Virus record (IMG/VR): IMGVR_UViG_3300045988_083295
Location: 1 to 64,000 of that record
From: a virus
Reading direction: 5' to 3' (one strand)
DNA length: 64,000 nt
Position numbers and translations under genes: made by a program. Numbering within the stretch: position 1 is the first letter of the stretch; every line of letters starts with the position of its first letter. This document shows, piece by piece, positions 13,001 through 18,802 of this stretch. A model generated the notes under the pieces. That model worked only from the letters and a program-made list of their open reading frames with translations, did not search any database and was not told where the DNA came from.

Positions 13001-16000
13001 TTGAAAATCCAAAGGTTTCTGACGAAAATGTTGCAGATGGCGGCATTATGTTCCGCAATGGTGGGGCTGCGGATGCTGAAAAGCAGTCTCGCAGAGGAAC
13101 GCCCAATCTCTACCCAGACCATATTGCACAAGCTATCTATGAGCAGTCTGTGAGCGGTTTCAAGTTTGACTTGGATGAAGCATGGCATGACTCCTTGCTC
13201 AGTGTGAAACGTCTTCAGGAGGCCATATCCGAGACTCGCGGTGTGCCTATCAGGGACTTCGAGAACGTCTATTGGCATGCCGTTACCCTCAGCAGTGTGA
13301 ATGCGGCTGAGATGGAGCAGTTGATGAATCTTCGTATCCAGCCGTTCATTGAGGCGGTTCAGGATATATGCAAGAAGCATGACCTGACTCAGGAAGACAT
13401 TGAGGTGTATCTCAACTGCAAGCATGGCTTGGAACGTAACGAAGCGATGGCTCGCAAGTTTGCCGAGGCCAAGGCCGAAGAGGAATTTGAGGCTGAACTC
13501 AAGAAAGCCCAGAAGACTGCAACAGCCAATCCTAACGACCAAGCTGCCCAGCTGGCTCTTTTGGATGTGCAGCTGCGCATGAATGACAGAAAGCACGAAC
13601 TCTATCTCAAGAACCGCGAGAAGGATTACTCAGGTCTTACGGATATTTTCGACCCGAAGGATAAGGTCACTGGAGACAGACTGGATCTCACCGTTTCGGA
13701 ATTGGAAGATAAGGCAAAGAAGTGTGTTGATGATTTCGAGGCTAAAGTAGGTGTAGCGGAAGTGACCAAGCTGTGGGACAACATTCATGAACTCAACAAC
13801 TACTCACTTCGCAAGTCCTATCTCAGTGGTCTTATCAGCAAGAATCAGTACGACAGCGTGAAACAGATGTACCAGTGGTATGTGCCTCTGCGAGGCTTCA
13901 ACGAAGAGGTTGCTGGCGATGTGTACACGTATGTGACAAGAGGCGAGACGAGGACTCAGCAGCTTCTGAAGGAGGCCAAGGGACGTACTTCACGTGCTGG
14001 AGATATTCTTGCCACCATGATGAATATGGCCAATTCTGCCGTGAACCAGGGAAACCGAAATCTCATGAAGCAGAAGATCCTCAATCTCGCGCTTAACGCC
14101 AAGAGTCCTCTGTTGTCTGTGAGCAGTACATGGTATCAGACGGATGCCAACGGATTTGACGTACCCATTGAGCCGCCCATCAACGACCAGATGACTCCTT
14201 CAGAGCAGAAGGATGCCATCGAACAGTGGGAGGATACGATGGAGATGCTGGCCAAGCAGGGCAAGGTTCATCGCATGAGCGACAATCTCAGATTGAATCT
14301 CCGCACCCAGAAATGGCAGGCAGATGAGCATTGTATCCGCGTGCAGCGTGGCGGCAAGGAATATTGCGTATGGGTGAATGGTAATCCACGTGCAGCTCAA
14401 GCACTCAATGACAGACTTGGGAATCAGGTCACCAAACCGTACAAGGCAACTGAGACTATTCTGGACAAGGCCGAAGACCTCTTCACGGATGGCTTCATAA
14501 AGATATTCAGATATATGGCTCAGAGCGTGACAAGCCTTAACCCCGAATTCGTCATCAGCAACTTCCAGCGAGACCTCGCTTCCGCTTCGCTCATCAGCAC
14601 GGGCAAGTATGGTGCAGGTTACACGAAGGACTTCCTTGTCAACGTGAAACGACTTGGCGTGCTCACAGGAACTATGTCTCACAAGAAGGAATACCGCAAC
14701 GCAGCAGGTATCTATACGCTCTACAGCAAGTATAAGTCAGGAAACCTTGACAACAACAACGAGATGGAGCGTTACTTTGCCGAATTCATGGCGAACGGAG
14801 GCGAGACCGGCTACACGCAGTCGCTCAGTATTAAGGACTACCAGTCCCGTATCCAATCAGCACTTGGAGACAAAGGCTTTGTGAAATGGTCAAAGAATGC
14901 TGGCCATGCCGTTGCTGATTTCGTTGAGATGGCCAATAGGGGTGTGGAGAACACCTGCCGATTCGCAGCATACATGACAAGCCGTCAACACGGCAAGAGT
15001 GTGCTGCAATCCATCGTTGATGCGAAGGAAGCGAGTACGAATTTCAATCTCCATGGCGCAGGAGGATTCGGTAACGCTTGGCTGAGGAAGAGCATTATCT
15101 TCATCAATCCTGCCGTGCAGAGTATTGTGCAGTATTGCCAACTGACGGCCAAGCACCCGAAGGCCATGCTTTCCATGCTTGGCGGTACCATCGGCCTTGG
15201 TGCAGCTATGGCATTTGCTTGCGCCAGTATGGTCGCACCGGGTGGCGGTGATCCTGACAGTAATTACTGGGATCTGTCTGATTACGTCCGACACAATTAC
15301 ATTGTGATACCTAGCGGTAATGGGAATTGGACACGTATTGCACTCCCTCCCGAAATCAGAGCCGTGTATGGCCTTGGCGTCATCGCGATGGAGGCCGCGA
15401 TGGGACGGATGAATCATAGCAGCATTCCTGCGGCTATCGGTGATCAGCTTATGCAGTTCTCCCCCGTTGCCTTCCTTGATCCACGCAACTTCTTCAACAG
15501 AAGCGACAGCGATCACCCTGTCGGCAAGACCTTGTTCAGGGCATTTATACCTACGCTCCTTTCACCTCTTGCAGATGCATACGTATTTGACGAGGATTTC
15601 ATGGGGAGACAGATTACGGGCAAGAATGACTTCAATGATGACAAGCCAGAGTTTCAGCGGACAAGCTATGATACCCTTCCGCAGTTGGTATCCTTCTCAA
15701 GGTGGCTCAACAATATCAGTGGCGGCAACGACTACAAGAAGGGCTGGATCAATGTCAATCCATCGTCAGCAGGTTATGTGGCTTCCCAATATATCGGTGG
15801 TCCCTTGCAGTTCTTCACGAAGATAGGCAAGACGGTTGCCATGATTACCTATGAGGACTTGCGCGATATGCGCAATGTGCCGTTCCTGAGCCGATTCATG
15901 ACATCCACAGACAATGACTATGGCCGCAATCAGGTAAGCAATGCAGAATTCAAGTATTGGTCTGCCATTGCAGATGATGTCAGAACTCAAATCAGAGGAT

Positions 16001-16374
16001 TCGAGAAGGAGATTGAATCTGGCGATACAAAGAATCTTGATGACTACAAGAAACTCGTCAGCAGTAAGGAATACGAGATGTATCAGATGATTGACTATAT
16101 GGATTGGCTGAAGGATATCAGGGAACTCAACCAGAAACGCAAGGAAGAGACTACGCAGGATGCCCAGAAGCAGGTTACGCTTGAGATTTATGAGGTTCGT
16201 CGCAAGATGGCCGAATGTCTCAACAAGGCTGAAGAGATGGGTGTTTATCTGGAGATGGGTCAACTCAACCTTGAATTGGCCAATGCCAAGACCACGGAAG
16301 AGAGGGCTGCCATACAAGCCAAGATCAACGAGAAACGCAAAGAGAATCTAAAGAAAATCGGAGCGATTGAATGA
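1087..16374 (+). CDS. Giant multidomain polyvalent protein (5,095 aa), probably virion-packaged and ejected.
   Basis: Uninterrupted 15,288-nt ORF (ATG 1087, TGA 16372-16374) followed by a hairpin plus T-run. The translation contains ParB-like, pyrophosphatase-like, three HExxH, kinase-like and SAM-methyltransferase motifs, plus a hydrophobic C-terminal region. Confidence 0.9.
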   Translation: MPIDNKKLKNLYDAMRQEGYDQSYDEFRGAFLGNNNYANRKDIYDTMSSGGYNLGKTYAEFMTSMRVAPKQANNRASAQAAAAKSAPTQPTKGGWRPNAEQMAGYQKFTDGVLRTVKNGDDVMNRVNRQVARATRPNQQKVNLGFNNKHSLLGGGSQVQHEGKKFDAAKGDFVDQYSTEAGNVYDNTYEADAEQYNINRNKRDADTLDMVADIERQIREQEELLEKTRKASRDVKAPDNLWDALRYTMSHADGSRLDQEDIDEEAIKANITNLQNRRSLLLHGTSIGQKVGKSIGDQLAEVNKMINANLDDYYKNHPDGGPKIHDLEYNEIWSIPSNPYLDVAKRSLEDAQEMFNEAGKSVGESGLTGFGKGVIRGFGSKLFDARTWDMGYTDLKGGLSLAEVLKKADEGKPLTVEQQKMLDAKATELACAAYFSGALGRGYKAGQVTAESIPFMLEFMLNPLSGTGRSAQAMLTRYALKRFGRKATMELGEDAAKKILYGDIRQLTKSVFDKGLSKGARRLAAKTLAGKASARIAGDITGAAGMTFTTGQGRVAADMLNRATGQVKFGVDTDGKVKYTGHDAPEESSLLTAYGKAFGSQFSENYSEFMGPYISYVGGMFANGLKKIGGKYLFDGLSSLRNRSAAAVMKLPFAPMVSDFIREATKSDWAKVIKGMQKRAHWDGTAEEYLEEVAGNMLNAILVGDNDFSTEEGRGVFNLSDNIDTFLGVGLMSGAMSVSSAAGYRTPAYRARKMVENADARGEKLMGGSLWGKFRSSFDAAQSEQDKQVILTSLLQNSSLTNEGRRAALQYAIGKQFQQAVADGTFREMEEDAEKGNEVERACRAEYAEGQNIDSVEEMRDAKTRYNVLLREALAVEPNAEIYSDPQFYEQSNPNATPEQKAAMRAYAEAKAQYEGVADRMKTDMADQQQKANEQVDRFKNQTDGLITRVRLRGSDAEFYVTSGHISLNNDGTINDAATSSNLTIVDGEGNERFISRGDVVDVLAQNTPEETLEQLNDIIMNEAKAKADLIDGKLSFRAGDTFTILNNEGQEQKVTIAQDPSTMAMSAVIEGEQAAVPLTEDSMAKLQQMSDAYQESRFGKYRQEQLDAVANAENEATQEGTAPASPTAAQEETGEPTEARSYGYGESVSYVDGEGHTQEGVVHGKTPEGTYEVEFDNPPSGKNVVDEYTQEELDALVQPIPAGQTEEAIPEPTALERVPINEETGEPMFEKADSETALDALNEVTGGNEDNTTAIVRAQVEQATKALEALKKKKPSKKAPSLKGSPLAMVKAQQEAEANYNTAMEEYNAQVAAAEENLNAWSRINSLMNDRKRAIREQQEAERKAREEELHAEAVARLEEDKRIAAEKAAEQEAVGTHAVNPKIKAKWDGATKVEGNPNAITLADGSTIRGHYVLTEAGAATASHDVNNAYEPTEGFPVDENGESVNDRDYKRDRDAQRIVRDMADSYDGRALQSPVIVSKDGVVLSGNNRTMSGEIAARQGTDKAYVAHLREFGAMFGFTPEQIDGMQHPRVVFVPDEELPYDANTFARFNAEQQKKQSKPEHAVKLGKIVPDNVFTSIVGDISRFDRMSDYYADGKAAASAISQLLDAGVINEMQLPELRTGNALSAAGKELIENTLIGKVFQTSPDAVRQIISTPTLRQSVVMGLNEIANNRTLAKSGYDLSKELAAAVDLVSRAKAEAPEIYKEGMPVSPYGRQQGLFDDEYGDSRVTDGVTLLLADLLNSGKPSDLRKVLSTYNHEAASPAAGLMDMFSGDVPSKEDVLNNVLNHFRNATPKEQQAIVDAAIAERKRRAEAAEPGGGSQGGEQTENAVRGSEETSAENLGGNQADGIQEKLTEEEADAMLDRMKSIADPMPEVELTPENWMNTFGLSNKIDTPIGEVKMGESQYAKLMEKKRSKEFGMVVGTITDPDVVFIEPSSAKDGQVTERAYSYVFVKTFKKEDENVRYYSSVTVSIDGMEISVSSHYINSNKAKKKLLELNRRYTKTALISNSSDGRLAEQQDAVPDLLPTQENNAVSDLPFPKDGVSVGEDTANSTELQGNGKESSHKGFVPDEKVIEENVQRSERALGLPSSVKREKTEVKVSDNGKVMVIKTDYSANGSKASVITLLAENDGQLDWAAQSFVDGKPTSELKYDYTLSYDDMMEMFDDNDAIRQDINPLKQIARNAGIDIDALLNGKEHGTKVSIEASREKTSENEGEKTLSAQIEDASADVNTEPTEAQKEAGNYKKGHVHVGSFDITIEQPQGSVRKGTDANGKQWESKMHNTYGYFRGTEGVDGDHIDVFLSNDIDGWNRQTVFVVDQYNPDGSFDEHKVMLGFNNAEEAKRDYLANYEKGWENGRRIDVSAVNLADFEKWIASSHRKTKPFSEYSSVKKEGSSSSETKQSKSTAEEKPFNAVIEMLRKKFPDASMEALTAADRLLREQALPGERQKAIEAVAKALGLKVEWRDTMEKENGTFNPKTRTITIARDSEHALANTFGHEVTHAVRKLSEADYKNLKDAVRRLYPSEKEYNEAVQAYGEVYTDLDFDALEEELIADNIGFMIGGRNDMTQELASRMNHRVLWAIHDAMNKVRNALAKVLHIDSKKNGLLEAIDSARATIRETMANAQRIAKEKGQGLSNESDSTKQSLRTQDTTIRDALVERMRLSGMDVITDETGQRVLDMANGRDTRFEAARHKSEAARRRDEMLRAIDQAKAFISGKTEQQTRAERRERERKFREETKVLYDRVLAGNFDSVTLQLLDDFINKVTPNNYYGRPLSKRLSERTLRKVYERERTSSVDALFSRISESAVPADERTRPEAKRRIEEKKKELLKGWAIATGNWHTAVSDFTDDTKPIGSGKDSVVYHSKDGKSVIKVSKGKESARKFRPDMDNVALFNTVFPASKYEIIGYGEIDGKFVRFLRQPIVDFTDSTPLSVEERVAYMERLGFRPMNDEKTAFTNGEIVASDIQGNNIVKDRDGNIRVIDADMRFHTKEFGGKYSYPAVETDTETAPNIREQRVYHGNGANDVRFFRTANGKAYGFTVGGKIYIDPRIATSETPVHEYAHLWATALKSANAKEWQNVVGLMKGTKVWDEVKALYPELKSDDEIADEVLATYSGRRGAERLREEQRRIAKGNGSVFEKAEAISALERVKQALKRFWKGVADFLHIHYTSAEEVADRVMKDLLDGVDPRKFGDGGKSLDAYNKIRKHFIGEQGAERADHAEEVTTRIDNLNVAREMEDAKKDAKAIKMATGWERGADGKWRYEIPDLKYFGKGDAGYKKARGKQPWSKELDGLSDKIFDGEELSESEYRRFDELAQKEDDFKTDYLNREKPHLADWVENDELFKAYPDLKRVNVVFTDQLPTNVGGSYNEREHTIVVNTNYVGDIDSVLAHEVQHAIQKIEGFARGGNPESIQERFKAAKKEWRARAWADELRYKADEMGEHYNQAAVEKALIDEYKEMGMDDDEWMPDKETRMKGFNYFARGYADRSMDADIKNFRLAESTRADFNPYMEYTKLGGEVESRNVEKRMKMSPEERRASLAAETEDVSREDQIFLFGEDGTSMKTSSDLNEMFGNRWLDEQTNDDGRHTTQVKSTINSYKKFGDWVKRDSNGRDVDVLDASSGLGLGTAWMRDNGFKVDDVEPFPSDSREAPTFSSYDEIDKKYDYIISNAVLNVIPDDWRANVLHQMADKLKDGGKLVINVRGAEGIRKQGIEGKTRTTLDDASEILVHRPDGSIKSYQKGFTKSELKEWCEKELGEGYSVEIANNKNAGGSYDTAVVVTKNNESDIETINTKFNEELQQQIDGTLPEGHIYKMGKPGRILLSTGVPNLPIQMNAKRLQVKATLFDHDFDLSEVKDLVRVLQHPLAVFAYGDKSKAQNIIVPLQKDGKNFIVGLSLNPTVGGRKLEINSIRNVFPKDNSEWLNWINQDKALYIDKEKIQTLIDQQRTNLADVAYLDLDSVANVMENFENPKVSDENVADGGIMFRNGGAADAEKQSRRGTPNLYPDHIAQAIYEQSVSGFKFDLDEAWHDSLLSVKRLQEAISETRGVPIRDFENVYWHAVTLSSVNAAEMEQLMNLRIQPFIEAVQDICKKHDLTQEDIEVYLNCKHGLERNEAMARKFAEAKAEEEFEAELKKAQKTATANPNDQAAQLALLDVQLRMNDRKHELYLKNREKDYSGLTDIFDPKDKVTGDRLDLTVSELEDKAKKCVDDFEAKVGVAEVTKLWDNIHELNNYSLRKSYLSGLISKNQYDSVKQMYQWYVPLRGFNEEVAGDVYTYVTRGETRTQQLLKEAKGRTSRAGDILATMMNMANSAVNQGNRNLMKQKILNLALNAKSPLLSVSSTWYQTDANGFDVPIEPPINDQMTPSEQKDAIEQWEDTMEMLAKQGKVHRMSDNLRLNLRTQKWQADEHCIRVQRGGKEYCVWVNGNPRAAQALNDRLGNQVTKPYKATETILDKAEDLFTDGFIKIFRYMAQSVTSLNPEFVISNFQRDLASASLISTGKYGAGYTKDFLVNVKRLGVLTGTMSHKKEYRNAAGIYTLYSKYKSGNLDNNNEMERYFAEFMANGGETGYTQSLSIKDYQSRIQSALGDKGFVKWSKNAGHAVADFVEMANRGVENTCRFAAYMTSRQHGKSVLQSIVDAKEASTNFNLHGAGGFGNAWLRKSIIFINPAVQSIVQYCQLTAKHPKAMLSMLGGTIGLGAAMAFACASMVAPGGGDPDSNYWDLSDYVRHNYIVIPSGNGNWTRIALPPEIRAVYGLGVIAMEAAMGRMNHSSIPAAIGDQLMQFSPVAFLDPRNFFNRSDSDHPVGKTLFRAFIPTLLSPLADAYVFDEDFMGRQITGKNDFNDDKPEFQRTSYDTLPQLVSFSRWLNNISGGNDYKKGWINVNPSSAGYVASQYIGGPLQFFTKIGKTVAMITYEDLRDMRNVPFLSRFMTSTDNDYGRNQVSNAEFKYWSAIADDVRTQIRGFEKEIESGDTKNLDDYKKLVSSKEYEMYQMIDYMDWLKDIRELNQKRKEETTQDAQKQVTLEIYEVRRKMAECLNKAEEMGVYLEMGQLNLELANAKTTEERAAIQAKINEKRKENLKKIGAIE
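5210..5780 (+). other. ParB/Srx-like domain within the giant ORF (ddrB-type ParB as seen in polyvalent proteins).
   Basis: Motif ALQSPVIVSKDGVVLSGNNRTMSGEIAARQG (about 5500-5590) fits the ParB N-terminal pattern P-[IV]-x-V...G-x-x-R. A long helical extension follows, to about 6460. Confidence 0.55.
7822..8225 (+). other. Inorganic-pyrophosphatase-like domain within the giant ORF.
   Basis: HNTYGYFRGTEGVDGDHIDVFL resembles the family I PPase signature NYG[FY]IP.T...DGDP.DV.V. Confidence 0.45.
8325..8890 (+). other. Zincin-like metallopeptidase module 1 within the giant ORF.
   Basis: HEVTH at 8587-8601, preceded by TRTITIARDSEHALANTFG (SprT/ArdC-like context). Confidence 0.5.
9617..10085 (+). 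other. Protein-kinase-like module within the giant ORF.
   Basis: Gly-rich loop plus Lys (IGSGKDSVVYHSKDGKSVIKVSKG). Catalytic-loop-like DIQGNNIVKDRDGNIRVIDADM (D...N...D). Confidence 0.5.
10138..10660 (+). other. Zincin-like metallopeptidase module 2 within the giant ORF.
   Basis: HEYAH at 10273-10287, preceded by GGKIYIDPRIATSETPV. Confidence 0.5.
10846..11775 (+). other. Zincin-like module 3 with flanking polyvalent-protein-associated region.
   Basis: GWERGADGKWRYEIPD, then AYPDLKRVNVVF, then HEVQH at 11272-11286, then GGEVESRN. I recall this arrangement from large phage and plasmid polyvalent proteins. Confidence 0.5.
11850..12450 (+). other. Class I SAM-dependent methyltransferase module within the giant ORF.
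   Basis: Motif I VLDASSGLGLGTAW, then DDVEP, then YDYIISNAVLNVI, then LKDGGKLVINV. Confidence 0.6.
15163..15234 (+). other. Predicted transmembrane helix in the C-terminal part of the giant ORF.
   Basis: AMLSMLGGTIGLGAAMAFACASMV is an uninterrupted hydrophobic stretch. Confidence 0.5.
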
Positions 16375-16381
16375 CAAAGAA

Positions 16382-16414
16382 GAATCCCCTGCCTCATGGT
16401 GGGGGATTTTTTTG
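16382..16414 (+). terminator. Rho-independent terminator after the giant ORF.
   Basis: GAATCCCC/GGGGATT stem with an 11-nt loop, followed by a T-run. Confidence 0.75.
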
Positions 16415-16420
16415 TTGCGT

Positions 16421-16435
16421 GAGGACGGAAATACG
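16421..16435 (+). promoter_or_regulatory. 15-mer GAGGACGGAAATACG, copy 1.
   Basis: Exact second copy at 21364-21378. Both lie upstream of plus-strand gene starts. Confidence 0.4.
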
Positions 16436-16470
16436 GCAACGCTATGGTTATCTACGCCTAACTTCGCGAC

Positions 16471-17055
16471 ATGGACAATAAAAACGAAGATACGAGCATA
16501 TTGCGTAATATCGCTTATGTGATGCAGATTATACTCTTCATAATCTGCATTGCTTACACATATCGCAACTATCGCCTTCATTCGGGTACGGATGATGTAT
16601 CCTTACGTGTGGATACCCTATATGTTACGCGAACGGAACGAGTGGGTTCGCCAACAGTACGCGATAGTGTTGTGCTCAGATTCAAAACAATCCCTGTCGT
16701 GAACGAAGCGATGCGTCCAGACACAGCCATGACCGATACAGCCTCCGATGTTGTTGGAATAGAGGCTTCACGTGATAGCGTGAATATTCCCATCGTTCAG
16801 CACGTCTATGCAGATACGCTGCACAATGGAATATCGTATCAGGCTTGGGTGAGCGGATACGATGCGAGTCTTGACTCCATCTGTATCAATTCGCGCACAC
16901 AGACCCTTACCAGGGAAATGCGCATACGCTCTCCCACTGATGAAGCTCATTCGAAGACAAGGAGATTCGGATTGGGCATTGTTGGCGGATGGGGAATAAC
17001 ACAGCATGGTTTCTCGCCATTCTTGGGGGTTGGCGTGACATATAGACTATATTGA
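16471..17055 (+). CDS. Hypothetical membrane-anchored protein.
   Basis: ATG start. N-terminal hydrophobic helix (IAYVMQIILFIICIAYTY). Confidence 0.6.
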   Translation: MDNKNEDTSILRNIAYVMQIILFIICIAYTYRNYRLHSGTDDVSLRVDTLYVTRTERVGSPTVRDSVVLRFKTIPVVNEAMRPDTAMTDTASDVVGIEASRDSVNIPIVQHVYADTLHNGISYQAWVSGYDASLDSICINSRTQTLTREMRIRSPTDEAHSKTRRFGLGIVGGWGITQHGFSPFLGVGVTYRLY

Positions 17056-17057
17056 CA

Positions 17058-17555
17058 ATGGAATACAATTACAACTGTGATGTGACGGCTTTGATTGCCG
17101 ATATCCGTAAGGAGGTTGAGGTTCGTGCTTCAGCCCTCACAGATGCTGATGGTGGAGCCTATCTGCGAATGAGTATCACGGAACGCACGTTGCCTCTCAT
17201 TGTACAATATATCTCAGATGCGTTTGGCAAGGCTGTGGCCATGTGCAGCAAACGATACAATGTGAGTCTTGATGCAGATAACCCCGATGTCTCAATCGGT
17301 GTTACGCTGGATATCGCGAAGAATCACGATGATGAGACCTTGAAAGTCGCATTCAGGAATCTTCGGGATTACGCCATGTACACGGCTGTCGCAAGATGGT
17401 ACGCCCAGACTTCAACCGCTTCGGCAGATGTCGAGTTGTTCAACAGTAGAGCTGCCGAGAGTTATGCAGCATTCGCACGACTGCTCGCAAGGCGTACACC
17501 ACCGACAAGGACGGTGCCTGAAACACTGGAAAGAGAGGCAACTAACTTTGAGTAA
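17058..17555 (+). CDS. Hypothetical protein, paralogue 1 of a three-gene tandem family.
   Basis: First ATG in the ORF (the track starts at TTG 17052). The C-terminal pattern is shared with the next two ORFs. Confidence 0.6.
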   Translation: MEYNYNCDVTALIADIRKEVEVRASALTDADGGAYLRMSITERTLPLIVQYISDAFGKAVAMCSKRYNVSLDADNPDVSIGVTLDIAKNHDDETLKVAFRNLRDYAMYTAVARWYAQTSTASADVELFNSRAAESYAAFARLLARRTPPTRTVPETLEREATNFE

Positions 17556-17564
17556 GGATACAAG

Positions 17565-18173
17565 ATGAAGCACACAATAGAGATTAGGTTGTACATGAGC
17601 GAGATGGCGTATGACGTGCAACGCATTCTTTACACCATCGGTGAGGGCATATCCGTCAGCAGTGATGTGCCCGAATCATCCACGCTCCTGCAGGATGACA
17701 GTGAAGAACGCAAGCTAGGCATGCTTCGCTCGTTCACTTCCACATATGGAACGCTCAAGGCTGCACTGAGCGAATATCTCATTGAGGATGAACACCTCGC
17801 TGACAATGTGCTTATGGAACTGACCAAGCATCCCCAGTCTCTTACGCTGTATTTCTCTTACAAGGGTAAGCCCGTGGAAGACAAGAGTAAGATTGTTGAC
17901 AATACATTGATTACGTTGCTCCGCGTGCCGTCCAACTTCAGGACTTCTGTGAAGGAACAGATCACCAAGTGCATGCACGACTGCATGGTGTCCAATGCCG
18001 TTGCGGATGCATTGTCATTGACTCCATATGCAGAGTATGCCGCAAGCTATCTTCAGAGGGTGCAGGATGACATGCTGGGCATTGAGACGGCATTGCAGTT
18101 GCGCCAGCGTCCCACACGCGTACATGCCCCATCGGCAGACGAACCACACACCAACGATATGAGATATGAGTAA
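17565..18173 (+). CDS. Hypothetical protein, paralogue 2.
   Basis: ATG start. C-terminus ends in a ...RQRPTR-type motif, like its neighbours. Confidence 0.6.
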   Translation: MKHTIEIRLYMSEMAYDVQRILYTIGEGISVSSDVPESSTLLQDDSEERKLGMLRSFTSTYGTLKAALSEYLIEDEHLADNVLMELTKHPQSLTLYFSYKGKPVEDKSKIVDNTLITLLRVPSNFRTSVKEQITKCMHDCMVSNAVADALSLTPYAEYAASYLQRVQDDMLGIETALQLRQRPTRVHAPSADEPHTNDMRYE

Positions 18174-18795
18174 CGACAAAAACAAGACGGAAGCTATATA
18201 CGGCAGATACGGATGGCTCATCGGACCATCAGACTTGGTTGAATGGATGGAGGCCAATGCTCTGAGGAAGATGAATCAGGACACACGGCATGTCACACTG
18301 CTTTTCAAGCGTGATGCGCTTGTCTACGATATCAGCAATGTGGCTTATGTCGAGGGTGATGTGATGAATCCTGCTGAGAAACGTGGCATGGGGGAACATG
18401 CAGGTCATCAGACGCAGGATATTGCCGAGGATGGCAACATAGACCGCGTAACGCGCATGCTTGACCTTGCCCATGCATTGTGTGTGGAAATGCTCTATCC
18501 GTATACACAGAGCCAGTGCAATGACGGAATGGAACTGACTGATGACTTCGGGGAGACCGCTTGCTACCGCATAGAGATGGATGTTCCATCCAAGTTCAGC
18601 CATACGACCGCCATTCTTCTTGAGAAACTTATCCATGAATTCATGGTTGCACGCGTACTTTGCGACTGGCTGATGATCACCAAACCCGATGCAGCCCAAT
18701 TATGGGCGGCTAGGGCAAGCGAAGTATTGGACAAGGCCAAGAGCGTGATGCGCGCTAGGTCAGGGATCCTGACACGCCCATTGCGCCCATTCTGA
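18166..18795 (+). CDS. Hypothetical protein, paralogue 3.
   Basis: 8-nt overlap with the previous gene. C-terminus ...LTRPLRPF. Confidence 0.6.
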   Translation: MSNDKNKTEAIYGRYGWLIGPSDLVEWMEANALRKMNQDTRHVTLLFKRDALVYDISNVAYVEGDVMNPAEKRGMGEHAGHQTQDIAEDGNIDRVTRMLDLAHALCVEMLYPYTQSQCNDGMELTDDFGETACYRIEMDVPSKFSHTTAILLEKLIHEFMVARVLCDWLMITKPDAAQLWAARASEVLDKAKSVMRARSGILTRPLRPF

Positions 18796-18802
18796 TTAGA
18801 CT

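Noticed and set aside
1228-16317. Dozens of 60-280-aa ORFs on the minus strand or in alternative frames inside the giant gene, for example 2491-3126, 5134-5778, 8700-9389, 9448-10287, 12856-13596 and 14890-15516.
   Set aside because: All lie entirely within the 15.3-kb ORF. Their translations are low-complexity (S/L/R/C-rich) and they have no promoter or terminator signals. They are shadow ORFs of a long coding region.
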